Virus record (IMG/VR): IMGVR_UViG_3300008120_010803
Coordinates: 16,162-80,161 of that record
Source of the DNA: a virus
Length of the DNA: 64,000 bases
Strand: one strand, 5' to 3'
The notes under the pieces were generated by a model that saw nothing but the letters and a program-made list of their open reading frames with translations, was not told where the DNA came from and searched no databases. Positions 9,923 through 20,592 of this stretch are shown in pieces. Within the stretch, counting starts at the first letter, position 1. Each line of letters begins with the position of its first letter. The position numbers and the translations under genes were made by a program.

Positions 9923-10072
9923 ATGGAAGAAATATTTTTCTTTAGATATCATTTAAGTACGAGTCGTGAGGAATGGGGCAGAATGCAAGTTGCAGAAAGA
10001 CGATTCCTCATGGAAAGATTTATCGAACAGAAAAACATGGAACAAGAAGAGCTAGAAAAAAATAAAAAATGA
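9923..10072 (+). CDS. gp51-like / tail chaperone C-terminal extension ORF (probably also reached by -1 frameshift)
   Basis: Manual ORF MEEIFFFRYHLSTSREEWGRMQVAERRFLMERFIEQ...; MxxxERR pattern typical of the small ORF after gp26-like genes; frame open back to the slippery site at 9860. Confidence 0.7.
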   Translation: MEEIFFFRYHLSTSREEWGRMQVAERRFLMERFIEQKNMEQEELEKNKK

Positions 10073-10094
10073 TTTCCAATGAGGTAAATAAAGG

Positions 10095-10838
10095 ATGGCA
10101 GCAGTAAAAGAGAGATACCAAAATCCAGTCGTTGGTGACACAGTCATCCTTAGATTGTTTTTTTACAATAGCAATAATTTTGCAAATGTTGAAGGCATAG
10201 TAAAAATAGATATTTACAAATTGGCTGATGGAGCCGGGATTAACGACCCTGCTGCAAGAACACTTGTTCAAACAATTGAACCTGTTGATATATTACAAAC
10301 AGATACTGGTCAATACTATACCGAAATATTAGTTGAAGAAAACCAGTACACTATTGGTAATTATGTTGATGTTTGGACTGTAAATTTCAATAACAACTAC
10401 GAAGAAGTTTCTGAAGTTACAAACCCATTCACTATCTATCCTAATCTTTGGTATACAACTCCAATTCCAGTTGTTTACGATTTCAATTTTGCATTTAGAC
10501 CATCAAGACTAAGACAGGGTTCAAAGCGTTACATAATTATTGAAGTAACTCCTAATGTGCCAAAAGGAACAGATTTACAAAGATACTATGAAAATTTAGC
10601 AATCGTCGGACAGATGAAAGTATCTATCGAGCAAAGATCAGGTGCTTGCTTGCCACAAGAGCAAGATTTAAGGATGATCGTTGAGGGAGAGCCTGTAACT
10701 TTTAGAGAAAAACGATTTGGATATTATATGATAGATACTAGTGATATGGAAGTTGGAATTTATGATATATGGTTTGAACTTGATCTTGGAGATAACATTT
10801 ATATTTCTGAAAGAAACCAACTGCAAATTTTCAATTAG
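10095..10838 (+). CDS. hypothetical virion-type protein (beta-rich, two similar halves)
   Basis: Repeated G-x-Y...G-x-Y-x-x-x-W pattern; TAAATA box 4 nt upstream of ATG. Confidence 0.6.
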   Translation: MAAVKERYQNPVVGDTVILRLFFYNSNNFANVEGIVKIDIYKLADGAGINDPAARTLVQTIEPVDILQTDTGQYYTEILVEENQYTIGNYVDVWTVNFNNNYEEVSEVTNPFTIYPNLWYTTPIPVVYDFNFAFRPSRLRQGSKRYIIIEVTPNVPKGTDLQRYYENLAIVGQMKVSIEQRSGACLPQEQDLRMIVEGEPVTFREKRFGYYMIDTSDMEVGIYDIWFELDLGDNIYISERNQLQIFN

Positions 10839-10951
10839 TAGTCAAAAATAATTCAGCTTAGTAATATGTCATCAGTCTGGCGAAACTATTTTTGGTTTCT
10901 CCTAATGATGTTCTGAAAGATTCAATATCAATACTTATGGAGGATTTTTAA

Positions 10952-12436
10952 ATGGCTACTTTTACTGATGAGCGTCTGGATCATTGGTTCAATACAAATC
11001 AAAATGTTCTGCTTTCTGGCAAGCACGGCGTTGGTAAAACCGCTAGGATTCAGGCCTGCTTCGAGCGCCATGGTCTGGTACAAAACGATACCTATCTCTA
11101 CTTTAGTGCAAGCACACTTGACCCTTGGGTTGATCTCATCGGTGTGCCCAAGGAACAACTGGATCAGAATGGAGAGAAATATCTTGGCATCATCCGTCCG
11201 CAGAATCTGTATAAAGGCAATGTTGTTGCTATCTTTTTCGATGAGTATAATCGGTCTCCCAAAAAGGTTCGTAATGCCGTCATGGAGTTGATTCAAAAGA
11301 AATCAATCAACGGACTTGTTTTCCCTAACTTGAAGTGTGTTTGGGCTGCTGTAAACCCTGCTACTGAAGACGATGTCTATGATGTCGAAAAGATCGATCC
11401 CGCACAGGAAGATCGTTTTCAAGTTCAAGTAGCGCTTCCTTATGCTTGCGATCAAGATTTCTTCGTGAAGCGTTATGGAGATGCTGCTGCCTCTGCTGCT
11501 ATCGAGTGGTGGAACGAACTTCCTGAACCCGAAAAGAACAAGGTGTCGCCTCGTCGCCTTCAGTACGCTTTAGATGATTATGTGAATGGCGGGGATATGG
11601 AGTTCGTTCTACCTATCAGCGCAAATATAACCAAACTTAGGCTTTCACTTAAGAATGGTTCTGTTGAAAGTAAACTCAAGGAGTTTTTTTCCAAAAAAGA
11701 ACCAAAGTCAACCAAAGCTTGGTTTTCTCTCGAAAATAATTGCAATAGTGCGTTGAGATACATTCTCAACGATAAGGAGTATTTCAACTACTTTTTACCT
11801 TTTATCAACAAAGAAAAGCTGATGGCTTTGATGTCAACTAATGATAAAGTGCTTGAGTATATGGTTCGTAATCGTGAATCTCATGATTATCAAATCATTC
11901 TCCAGAATATCGTGACTGGCACAAATGCTGACCTGCAAGCGAAGGTGCGAAGGCTTATCAACAAGATCAAAGCTGAAATGCCTGATCTTCATCATGCGCC
12001 TTATCAACCATCACCAAAAGATGATGTTGAGCCTTTCAAACCGACTCGTAAGTCTAGCCATTCTAACAGCGCAGGTATTGCAGCTGGAATTTCAGTAATG
12101 AATACTTTTTCAATAGACACAATCGAAAAGAAAGTTGATCTTTATGAAAGAGTAGTAAATTACATTACAGAAGATATCAGCAGCGATACTGCTGTTGGTT
12201 TGCTCAAAATCATTCAGAAGATTGTTTGCTCATCCTCTGTTGCTACCTTGAAAAGCAGCGATTTTGCAAATTTGGCTTCAGTCGTGAAATTTCTTTTGAG
12301 CCGATGCGTAAACAATGATGTAGTCAGGATTGATTCTGACTTGGCTGAGATGGCGAAACTTTTGAAGCAGTACGCTATTTATGATGTCACTACCAATAAC
12401 CAAGGAGGATCAAATGTTACTCTCACAGCCTGCTAA
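10952..12436 (+). CDS. MoxR-like AAA+ ATPase
   Basis: Walker A GKHGVGKT, Walker B FFDEYNR, NAVMELI, AAVNP, DPAQEDRF; GGAGG SD. Confidence 0.9.
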   Translation: MATFTDERLDHWFNTNQNVLLSGKHGVGKTARIQACFERHGLVQNDTYLYFSASTLDPWVDLIGVPKEQLDQNGEKYLGIIRPQNLYKGNVVAIFFDEYNRSPKKVRNAVMELIQKKSINGLVFPNLKCVWAAVNPATEDDVYDVEKIDPAQEDRFQVQVALPYACDQDFFVKRYGDAAASAAIEWWNELPEPEKNKVSPRRLQYALDDYVNGGDMEFVLPISANITKLRLSLKNGSVESKLKEFFSKKEPKSTKAWFSLENNCNSALRYILNDKEYFNYFLPFINKEKLMALMSTNDKVLEYMVRNRESHDYQIILQNIVTGTNADLQAKVRRLINKIKAEMPDLHHAPYQPSPKDDVEPFKPTRKSSHSNSAGIAAGISVMNTFSIDTIEKKVDLYERVVNYITEDISSDTAVGLLKIIQKIVCSSSVATLKSSDFANLASVVKFLLSRCVNNDVVRIDSDLAEMAKLLKQYAIYDVTTNNQGGSNVTLTAC

Positions 12437-13817
12437 TCAAGTTGAACAAATGTCTAAAAAGGAATGGCTTGAGATTTGCGAAGGGCTTGAGCCGTATCAC
12501 GCTGTGTTCTATAAAATGTGGCATCTCGGCAAGCCGGTTTTTACCAACGAGATTCCGACTGCCTGTGTACAGTTTGATAAAGTTGGACAATGCATCACTT
12601 GGAAATTCAATCCAAATTTTTGGAATGACTGCTCTTTTTATAAGAAAATGTTTGTGATTTGCCATGAAGCTTTGCATATCTTGCTGAACCATGGGCAACG
12701 CTTCAATAAGCCAGAGCTTGCAGAAATTGCGAATGTAGCTATGGATGTTGCAGTCAACCACTCTTTGGTTTCTAGGTTTGGTTTTGTTCGTGAGCAGATT
12801 TCAGAACATGAGCAACTTTGCTGGGTTGATACCGTATTTCCTAATGAAAAATACAAGGGATTTCCTGTTCCAGATGATCAATGCTCTGAATTCTATTTGA
12901 ATTTACTCCGTAAGAAAAAACCGCAATCTAAAAACAACAACGGTACACCTTCAAACAACAACGGCACACCTTCTCCTAGTCAAGGAAAAGGAACCCCTAG
13001 TCCTGAATCGAGTCAGGGTTCCAAACAAAAAGGGAAGTCTCAACCATATAAAACTTTAGATAGCCATACATTCTCCGATCAAGGTGATGATTTCTCGAAT
13101 ATTATCAAGAAGCTTGATCAGGAGCTAAGCAATGATGAAAAAAAAGAATTGCGGAATTTTCTCGACAAGCAGGTTGACGATGAGTATGGCAGAAAAGCTG
13201 GCACCTCTCCTTCTAGCCTAATATATGTAATCCCAGACGAAATCTTAAAGACGAAGAAAAAAGAGAAGTGGGAGACTGTCATTAAAAAATGGACAGTCAA
13301 GGCTTTATCTAATCTTGATTATGAAACCGAGCAATGGGCTAGAATTCATCGCAGAAACAGCGAGTTGGATCGCAATCTATTTCTTCCTAGTGAACTGGAT
13401 GATGAAGATTGCAAGCTTGAAAAGAAAAAAATCAAGCTGCATTTCTATTTGGATGTTTCAGGAAGCTGCTATCATTTAAAAGATAGATTCTTCAAAGCAG
13501 CTATGAGTTTGAATCCTAAGTATTTTGACATTAATCTCAATGTCTTTAATACTGATGTATTCCATGTTGATATCAAAAATCCTGAAGCTTGTCCGGTTGG
13601 AGGAGGGACTGCTTTCGATATTATAGAGGATGATATTCAAAGGCATATGCGAGAGACAGAAAGCAAATATCCTGATGCCGTTTGGATTGTTACTGATGGG
13701 GGAGGAACAGATGTTAATCCCGAAAAGCCAGAAAGATGGTATTGGTTTCTATCGGAAGACTATACTCATCATATTCCAAAAAAATCTCCCAAGTTTATGC
13801 TTGAGGATTATGAGTAA
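12414..13817 (+). CDS. metallopeptidase-like + VWA domain protein (DUF2201-like), MoxR partner
   Basis: HEALH zincin motif, NVAMDVAVN, MIDAS DVSGS, GGGT, VTDG; AGGAGG SD before ATG 12414. Confidence 0.88.
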   Translation: MLLSQPANQVEQMSKKEWLEICEGLEPYHAVFYKMWHLGKPVFTNEIPTACVQFDKVGQCITWKFNPNFWNDCSFYKKMFVICHEALHILLNHGQRFNKPELAEIANVAMDVAVNHSLVSRFGFVREQISEHEQLCWVDTVFPNEKYKGFPVPDDQCSEFYLNLLRKKKPQSKNNNGTPSNNNGTPSPSQGKGTPSPESSQGSKQKGKSQPYKTLDSHTFSDQGDDFSNIIKKLDQELSNDEKKELRNFLDKQVDDEYGRKAGTSPSSLIYVIPDEILKTKKKEKWETVIKKWTVKALSNLDYETEQWARIHRRNSELDRNLFLPSELDDEDCKLEKKKIKLHFYLDVSGSCYHLKDRFFKAAMSLNPKYFDINLNVFNTDVFHVDIKNPEACPVGGGTAFDIIEDDIQRHMRETESKYPDAVWIVTDGGGTDVNPEKPERWYWFLSEDYTHHIPKKSPKFMLEDYE

Positions 13818-14352
13818 AAAAAAATTCGTCAGAGAGCTTTAAAAGTTCCTTGACTGGAACACAAGTCCACTCTCTATAGTTTATTTTATACTCATATTCA
13901 CCTTTGATATCTTCGGTGCGGAGAAATGCCAGCCAAGGTCTTCTATCTTTTTTCCAGAATAGAAGAGGCATTTTTCCGCATCTTTTGCTATCATCAGATA
14001 CTTGTTTTAAGAAATTATCTAGCTCTGTGTTTCCGCTTTCAAAAATCGAGTTTAAATCGATTTTGTTGTAACCGCCTTTAGACTCAATTACGAAATTAAA
14101 ACCCTCTGGGCAGCAAATATCGCCTGTTAGCGTGTCTTTGGCATGCTTGGGTAGGTTTTTGACTTGAGCCCATCTATTTCCTGAACCTACAGACCTACTG
14201 AATGTTTTTTCTTTTAAGTGTGAGAAACGATTATTCAAAATACCTACGATTTCTCTCTCGACCCTTTTTCCCTTTTTACCACCATCAACTTTTTTTGTTT
14301 TATTTTTTAGTTTTTCAACATGGTAAGCATCATCTAGATCATCAAAATTCAT
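13795..14352 (-). CDS. Holliday junction resolvase-like PD-(D/E)XK nuclease
   Basis: KKGKRVEREI...RSVGSG...GDI...VIESKGGY. Confidence 0.8.
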   Translation of the reverse strand: MNFDDLDDAYHVEKLKNKTKKVDGGKKGKRVEREIVGILNNRFSHLKEKTFSRSVGSGNRWAQVKNLPKHAKDTLTGDICCPEGFNFVIESKGGYNKIDLNSIFESGNTELDNFLKQVSDDSKRCGKMPLLFWKKDRRPWLAFLRTEDIKGEYEYKINYREWTCVPVKELLKLSDEFFFTHNPQA

Positions 14353-14361
14353 ATTTATTTC

Positions 14362-15411
14362 CTATAGTCTTAAATTAAGAGAGTTAAGTTTTTTATTTAT
14401 TTCTATTATTGTTGAAACAGCATCTTCATATTGTTTGCAATCTACATTTTTATAATGTATAAAAGATGCTATTTTAGTTAAAAGCTTAGTTTGTTGGTTT
14501 TGTAGTTCAAAAATACAGTCAATTAAATCTTCCTCAAGATTGTTTTGCTTATAATTGTTTTTATCAGATTCAAACTTTTTACTAACACTATCATTTATAA
14601 AATAATAATCTTTTGGAGTGTCTATGTATTTATTTTCTTGATTCAATACATGCATATATTTTTCTATGTTGCAATTTTTTTTATAAACGAATTCAAATAT
14701 CTCATATGGATTTATTTCTGTAATTTTAAATTGACCTAGGCTCAAACCTTTGTTTTTCAAATCATCAATTGAGCTTAGAAATATTTCTTCTGTGCTGAAA
14801 AAAAATATTTGTCCTAGTTCTTCCAACAAGTCTGCATAAAACAACGGTCTTTGTTTGTTTCTGAACAAGACAAGCTTTCGTTCATTCTGTCTGTTCTGTG
14901 TAAAAGCTACTGAGAAATGTGATTCGTGTGCATAATTCAAAAAAAATGATAAGTTATCAAGATAACTTTTGTCTTCTTGCTCTAAAATTCTAAGTATTAT
15001 TTCTGAATCACATGTAGATTTTGTCTGGTAAAAATTTTTAAGGAAACCAAGTTCATTTTTTATGACTATTCCATTATGGATTACTGCTTTGGATAAGTCT
15101 TCGCTAACAAATGGATGATTGTTTATGTTATCGGATGGAAGTCCCACACCAGTAGAAGCTGCTCGGCAATGAAATAAACCAAGATTAGTTCTTTTATCCC
15201 ATAGATTTTTGAATACCGTCTTTTTGATCAAATCAATAGATGGTCCGGGCTGCTTGTGGTAATAAATTTTGTTTTCTTCAAATTCTGAAACACAATAAAA
15301 TCCAGCTGCATCAATGCCTCTGGCTTGAGTTTTATCAAATAGCGTTGTAACTAGCTCTTCAGTTTTTTTTGGATTTTTGCTAGTTCCAATGTATCCTAAT
15401 AGCCCACACAT
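14362..15411 (-). CDS. class II glutamine amidotransferase
   Basis: N-terminal MCGLLG, RGIDAAG, HCRAAS, NNHPF, HNGIV, CDSE. Confidence 0.92.
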   Translation of the reverse strand: MCGLLGYIGTSKNPKKTEELVTTLFDKTQARGIDAAGFYCVSEFEENKIYYHKQPGPSIDLIKKTVFKNLWDKRTNLGLFHCRAASTGVGLPSDNINNHPFVSEDLSKAVIHNGIVIKNELGFLKNFYQTKSTCDSEIILRILEQEDKSYLDNLSFFLNYAHESHFSVAFTQNRQNERKLVLFRNKQRPLFYADLLEELGQIFFFSTEEIFLSSIDDLKNKGLSLGQFKITEINPYEIFEFVYKKNCNIEKYMHVLNQENKYIDTPKDYYFINDSVSKKFESDKNNYKQNNLEEDLIDCIFELQNQQTKLLTKIASFIHYKNVDCKQYEDAVSTIIEINKKLNSLNLRL

Positions 15412-15935
15412 TATTGTATAGGTGGTTCTCCTAGTGGTGCCTGTGGTTTTTGGGGAGGATTAGTTGTAAAGCCTGACATGCCTTCTGGACCTGTTTCTGG
15501 GGCTGCTGGAGGCAAAGTATTAGCTGGTTCTATTTGTGGTGATGGGCCTGCTTCTTTTGGAGTGACAGCCAAGTTGTTTACAGGAACATTCATTTTCTTC
15601 AAAGTAGCTTCTATTTCGGAAATACAGCTACCTATTGTTTGCTCCAAGTTATCATTTTCTTCGAGCGCTTTGGCAAGAGCAACTCCAACTTTTTGCATGG
15701 ATTTTAAAAACTTAATATCATCACCAGACCAATGACCACCAAGCAAGCTTCTAACTTGACAGACAATTTTATCGGTGAACCTAACTAAATTTTTTGTCCC
15801 TATTTTACTGGCTTCTTCTTGTATCTCTTGCAGAGATGTAAGAATATTGCCGATTTCTTTCCCAAGGAAAGCTCTATTTTCATTTAATACGAAAGACCTG
15901 AAATCTAGGTCATCGTGTTTATATTCGTTTATCAT
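15411..15935 (-). CDS. hypothetical protein, probable internal head protein
   Basis: DFRSFVLNE leader, Pro-rich tail, ATAAATA 4 nt upstream of ATG. Confidence 0.6.
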   Translation of the reverse strand: MINEYKHDDLDFRSFVLNENRAFLGKEIGNILTSLQEIQEEASKIGTKNLVRFTDKIVCQVRSLLGGHWSGDDIKFLKSMQKVGVALAKALEENDNLEQTIGSCISEIEATLKKMNVPVNNLAVTPKEAGPSPQIEPANTLPPAAPETGPEGMSGFTTNPPQKPQAPLGEPPIQ

Positions 15936-17569
15936 GCTGTATTTATGCTCTCAGCCTTTCTCTTTGCTGCACTTTCCATCAATCCAATAAATAATGGAGA
16001 GGCACTTTGAAGCCTTGATTTGAATTCAGGATGGGCTTGTGTTCCTATGAAAAATGGATGAATTTCCTGATTTAACTCCATGATTTCAATTAGATTAGTT
16101 TCTGGGTTTCTTCCCGTCACTTTCATGCCCTTTTTTTCAAAACCTTGAACATTGATAATTTCATCGTTAACTTCATAACGATGCCGATGTCTTTCGTGTA
16201 TTGTCTTCTTTTTATATAAATCATATGCCAATGAATCTTTTGATAGCTCACAGGCATATGAGCCAAGTCTCATAGTCCCTGACTTCTTCGTGATTTTTTC
16301 TTGTCCCGGAATGTAATGAACGACAGGATGCTTTGTGTTCGGATCAAATTCCTCACTAGTAGCTTCATCCAATCCTAAGTGCCTAGCAAACTCAATAACA
16401 GCACATTGAAGACCTAAACAGATTCCTAAAAATGGTATCTTCTTTTCCCGTACATATTTAATCCCTTTTATCTTTCCCTCTACGCCACGAACATCAAATC
16501 CACCGGGAACAATTAGTCCGTCTATGTTTTCGAATAGCTTATTTAAGCACTTGGCATCTTTGCATGCCTCTGCTTCATCGGCATTTATCCATACTATTTC
16601 AGCTTTAACATTTTTGGCTACTGCTGCATGAAAAATGGCCTCTTTAAGGCTTAAATATGCCTCATCACAGTTATCGTATTTGTTCAGAACGGCAATTCTG
16701 ACAGTCGTTAATTCTTCATTACCGATATACTTTTCTACCAAGTCACGATATTTATGAATTCTGACTCCGTTTCGGGTAAGATGAAACTTGTCTATAATTA
16801 GATCATCAACATGTCGATTATAAAATTCTATTGGAACTTGATAAACAGATTTGACATCAGGAGCCTCGAATACTGCGGACCTTGGAACATTAGTTAAGTT
16901 TGAAATCTTGTCCATAATAGACTTTGGTATTTCACGGTCTGTTCTACAGAATAATATTTCTGGCTGTAGGCCAGAGCTTTGCATTTGTTGAACCGCTTGT
17001 TGAAATGGTTTGGTCTTGAACTCTTTAATAGTTGGAACCCACAAAACTGGTGCCACTAAAGAAATGATTACATCATTCCAATTTCTTTGTTTAAATTGCC
17101 TAATTGCCTCAAGGAACGGATATGATTCCGAATCGCCCACAGTCCCACCAATTTCGATTAAAACAATATCTGCATCTTTACCTAAGTCTAGCAATCTATT
17201 AATAATTTTATCAGTAACATGTGGAACTATTTGAACTGTTTGACCCAAGTATTTACCATTATCTTGTTCGTCTAGTATCTCTTTATATACAGTACCAGAA
17301 GTAAGTATGTTTTTTGAACTTACTTGGCAATTGATAATTCTTTCGTAGGTTCCAAGATCAAGGTCTGTTTCAGACCCATCGTCGCACAGAAACACCTCTC
17401 CGTGCTCTCTTGGAGCCAAAACACCAGCATTCGTGTTTAGATAGGGGTCGAACTTAATAGGGACTATTTTAAGGCCTCTTAATGACAATAAAAGTCCAAG
17501 GCTAGCTATTGAAACTCCCTTGCCAGTACCGCTAATAACACCACCGCAAACAACAATGTACTTGGCCAT
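15932..17569 (-). CDS. pyrG: CTP synthase
   Basis: GGVISGTGKG, DPYLN, ETDLDLG, EIGGTVGD, KTKP, PGGF, GICLGLQ, RHRHRYEVN, QAHPEF. Confidence 0.98.
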   Translation of the reverse strand: MAKYIVVCGGVISGTGKGVSIASLGLLLSLRGLKIVPIKFDPYLNTNAGVLAPREHGEVFLCDDGSETDLDLGTYERIINCQVSSKNILTSGTVYKEILDEQDNGKYLGQTVQIVPHVTDKIINRLLDLGKDADIVLIEIGGTVGDSESYPFLEAIRQFKQRNWNDVIISLVAPVLWVPTIKEFKTKPFQQAVQQMQSSGLQPEILFCRTDREIPKSIMDKISNLTNVPRSAVFEAPDVKSVYQVPIEFYNRHVDDLIIDKFHLTRNGVRIHKYRDLVEKYIGNEELTTVRIAVLNKYDNCDEAYLSLKEAIFHAAVAKNVKAEIVWINADEAEACKDAKCLNKLFENIDGLIVPGGFDVRGVEGKIKGIKYVREKKIPFLGICLGLQCAVIEFARHLGLDEATSEEFDPNTKHPVVHYIPGQEKITKKSGTMRLGSYACELSKDSLAYDLYKKKTIHERHRHRYEVNDEIINVQGFEKKGMKVTGRNPETNLIEIMELNQEIHPFFIGTQAHPEFKSRLQSASPLFIGLMESAAKRKAESINTA

Positions 17570-17661
17570 ATTTTTTCCCTGTGACTGGTTTTTTCAATTG
17601 TACAGAAAGTACAAAGTGAATCAACATTTTTATTATTTCATTTAATTGAGTGTATTAAATT

Positions 17662-17892
17662 TTATTCTTCAAAAAAAGAACATCCCTGATGCTCAAAAGT
17701 CAAAAGTCCCTTTCTAGGACTTTTAGGATTGCAACAAACACCCCAATCCGATCCTAATTTTCCTTCTAATTTAATAAAGTTTTTGCATCCACAACTACAA
17801 TCTGGTCCCCAATCATCTGACCTAGACCTCGAACCATATGGCTCGAAGTCCGAGTCAAGATTGATTAGGACCATTTGTAGTTTATTGTGCAT
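17662..17892 (-). CDS. DUF3027-like small Cys-rich protein
   Basis: CSCGCKNFIKLEGKLGSDWGVCCNPKSPRKGLLTFEHQGC; start overlaps the nrdA stop. Confidence 0.7.
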   Translation of the reverse strand: MHNKLQMVLINLDSDFEPYGSRSRSDDWGPDCSCGCKNFIKLEGKLGSDWGVCCNPKSPRKGLLTFEHQGCSFFEE

Positions 17893-19538
17893 CAGCTTTC
17901 GCAAGAGGTACAGGTTAGAATTGATCTTGCAAAGTTTTGTGCTGCGTTGATTGATATTTGATAGTAAAAACCTTTTACACCCATCTTCCAAGCGTCAACT
18001 AATAAGGCATTTACATCCTTGGTAGGTATGGATGGATGAATCATAAGATTCAACGATTGTCCTTGGTCAATATATTTTTGGCGCTGTGCTGCTTGAATCA
18101 CAATTTCTTTCGGACTAATTTCTGCAAATGTTTTGAAAACATTTTTTTCATGTTCCGTCAAGAACTCAAGATGTTGAACGCTACCAGCATTCATAAGAAT
18201 GCTTTTCCAAACCTCATCAGTATTCTTGCCCTTTGATTCTAAAAGGCTTTCAAGCTCATGATTCTTTACCGTGAACTTACCCTTTTGCAAGTCCTTGATA
18301 TAGTAATTAGTTCTGTGAGGCTCAATACCTTCTGAAACTTGACCAAGTATGAAGGCTGATGATTTTGTTGGAGCAATAGCTAGAAGCGTGGTATTTCTTC
18401 TGCCATATCCTTGGCAAACTTCAGGCTCACCATATTCTTGAGCTAACTTAGCACTTGCCTTATATGCAGATTCTTTTATATTTTTGGCAATAGTGGTGTT
18501 ATGGAATTTGGCTTCCATGCTTTCCCAAGCAATCATTTTGCTTTGGAGGTAGCTGTGCCAGCCTAGCCAGCCGATGCCCAGCGCACGATGCCTTTCGGCA
18601 AACCGGACAGACCTCTCCATGAATTTTATTTTCTTAGCCTTGTCAATAAATTCTGTCATTACTGCATCAAGCAAATATACTAAAAGCTCTACAGCATCAG
18701 TATCTTTCCATTCATCATAATAAAGAATATTCATACTACTCAAATCACATACGAAAGACTCTTCTTCGTTGTCTGGAAGATATATTTCGTTACAAAGGTT
18801 TGAGTGAGTAATTTTCAAACCTTGTTGTTTGTAGCAATCAGCAGTATTATTGTTAGCATTATCAATAAAAGAAATATAAGGATATCCAAAGTTCGACCTC
18901 ATTTCGAGTACTTTGGCCCATACTTTTCGCTTTTCGGTATCTCCGTCGATCATTTCTTGCATCCAGTAGTCTGGAACACAGACTCCAAATGACAAATCCT
19001 GTATCGGAAAACCTTCAGTCCTTATTTGTAAAAACTCCATGATATCGCCATGATCTATGGGCAGGTAGGCTGCGAAATTACCTCTTCTGGTAGAGCCTTG
19101 GCTGACTATTTGAATCAGGTTTTCAAAAGCCTGCATAAAATGGACTGAACCAGAGCTAGTCCCATTTTTACGAATTGACGATCCTCTTGGTCTTAAATTA
19201 CCAAATGTGGCAGAAGTACCTCCACCATATTTGGTCATCATAGCGACTTCTGCCCATGTGAAAGCAATTGATTCCATGGAATCGCCTAGTGTCGATCCAA
19301 AGCAAGATATTGGAAGACCTCTGTCGTTTCCAAAATTAGTCCATATTGGGGTAGAAAGGCTGTACCAGCCTTTCTTGAAATTCTCCTTGAATCTTGCTGC
19401 AAATCCCGGTTTATTCAGTATTTTTTCTGCACAATTGCAGATTTCATCTACTCTGTTATCAACTGTTTGCCCGTCTACCAAATAGTCTCTTTCCAAGAAA
19501 ATACGGGAAAGTTCTGTGAGCCATCTGTAATCTGACAT
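17892..19538 (-). CDS. nrdA: ribonucleotide reductase class Ia alpha subunit (short form, no ATP cone)
   Basis: GLPISCF, GGGTS, SQGSTRRG, SNLCNEI, VCDL, APTKSS, IDQGQSLN, C-terminal CTSCES; start MSDYRW coupled to nrdB stop. Confidence 0.96.
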   Translation of the reverse strand: MSDYRWLTELSRIFLERDYLVDGQTVDNRVDEICNCAEKILNKPGFAARFKENFKKGWYSLSTPIWTNFGNDRGLPISCFGSTLGDSMESIAFTWAEVAMMTKYGGGTSATFGNLRPRGSSIRKNGTSSGSVHFMQAFENLIQIVSQGSTRRGNFAAYLPIDHGDIMEFLQIRTEGFPIQDLSFGVCVPDYWMQEMIDGDTEKRKVWAKVLEMRSNFGYPYISFIDNANNNTADCYKQQGLKITHSNLCNEIYLPDNEEESFVCDLSSMNILYYDEWKDTDAVELLVYLLDAVMTEFIDKAKKIKFMERSVRFAERHRALGIGWLGWHSYLQSKMIAWESMEAKFHNTTIAKNIKESAYKASAKLAQEYGEPEVCQGYGRRNTTLLAIAPTKSSAFILGQVSEGIEPHRTNYYIKDLQKGKFTVKNHELESLLESKGKNTDEVWKSILMNAGSVQHLEFLTEHEKNVFKTFAEISPKEIVIQAAQRQKYIDQGQSLNLMIHPSIPTKDVNALLVDAWKMGVKGFYYQISINAAQNFARSILTCTSCES

Positions 19539-20524
19539 TAGAATAAGTCCTCCGCTGTGCATGATTTTGAAAACTTGCTGTAAGTGACTGGTTTCTTGTG
19601 AAAGAAGTCTGTGTTGACTTCTGCATGAATTTCGTCTTCAAACCATTTTAGCTCTGCTACTGCCTTTGGGTCAGCATCAAATACTTTATTTCCACCAATC
19701 ATTTGAAGACTTTCATTGAACCTATGCTTGATATATTCTTTAACGACCGACTTTTTGAGAAATGAAAGTTCTCCCGCTTCAAAAATCCAATCGATAATTT
19801 TTGCCTCTGCCTCGTATGCTTTTTTACAAGCACGGTAGAGCTTTTCATAAAATTCTTCGTTGAACCACTCTGGGAATTCTTTTTGTATTTGTTTTATTAT
19901 ATAAACACCAAGAAGAGCATGTAATGTTTCTTCTTTTTGTGTTGCTTGCACAACATTATCAATATCTTTAAGACAGTTCATATATTTGTTGAAAGATTTT
20001 ATCACAACAAACTGTGAGAATAAACTAACATTTTCTATAAAGATAGAGAATAAAGTTAATGTCAAAGTATAGTTTTCGTCGCTGTTGTCTGAAGCGCCTT
20101 TCAAATATTTTGTTAAATAATCAACTCTTCCTTGAATTACTGGATTTTGTAACAACTGATCGAATTCATTATTCATGCCAAGGATTTCTAGTAAATGCGA
20201 ATACGCATCACTATGTCTTACTTCTGACTCCCCAAATGTCACACCAACTTGATCGAACTCTGCTTTTGGAAATCTTTCTCCAAGCTTCGTCCAAAACTTT
20301 TTGACAGATATTTCTATTTGTGAAATAGCAAGCATGGCATTCTTAAGAACGCTTTTTTCTATGTCAGAAAGCTTAACATTAAAATCTTGTATATCTCCTA
20401 TGAAATTCCATTCACTTACTAGCCAATAACTATGATTTATTGCGTTTTTATACTCGCTAACTTCCGGGTATTCAAATGGTTTAAATGCGACTCTTTTTTC
20501 AAAAATATTTCTTTTACTAGACAT
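19538..20524 (-). CDS. nrdB: ribonucleotide reductase class Ia beta subunit
   Basis: KPFEYP, ESEVRHSDAYS, ENVSLFSQF, KEETLH, TDFF. Confidence 0.96.
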   Translation of the reverse strand: MSSKRNIFEKRVAFKPFEYPEVSEYKNAINHSYWLVSEWNFIGDIQDFNVKLSDIEKSVLKNAMLAISQIEISVKKFWTKLGERFPKAEFDQVGVTFGESEVRHSDAYSHLLEILGMNNEFDQLLQNPVIQGRVDYLTKYLKGASDNSDENYTLTLTLFSIFIENVSLFSQFVVIKSFNKYMNCLKDIDNVVQATQKEETLHALLGVYIIKQIQKEFPEWFNEEFYEKLYRACKKAYEAEAKIIDWIFEAGELSFLKKSVVKEYIKHRFNESLQMIGGNKVFDADPKAVAELKWFEDEIHAEVNTDFFHKKPVTYSKFSKSCTAEDLF

Positions 20525-20592
20525 GCTGTTTGCCTCATTTAAATTGTTGGGAAGTTATTTATAACTTGGTTCGTTATTTTATTCAATTAAAT

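Noticed and set aside
10860-10930. Possible hammerhead ribozyme (CTGATGA on minus strand)
   Set aside because: No stem II followed by GAAA in the required order; it looks like a simple imperfect hairpin.
12933-12974. 21-nt tandem duplication (NNNGTPS x2) in the VWA protein
   Set aside because: Ordinary low-complexity linker variation, not a CRISPR or regulatory repeat.
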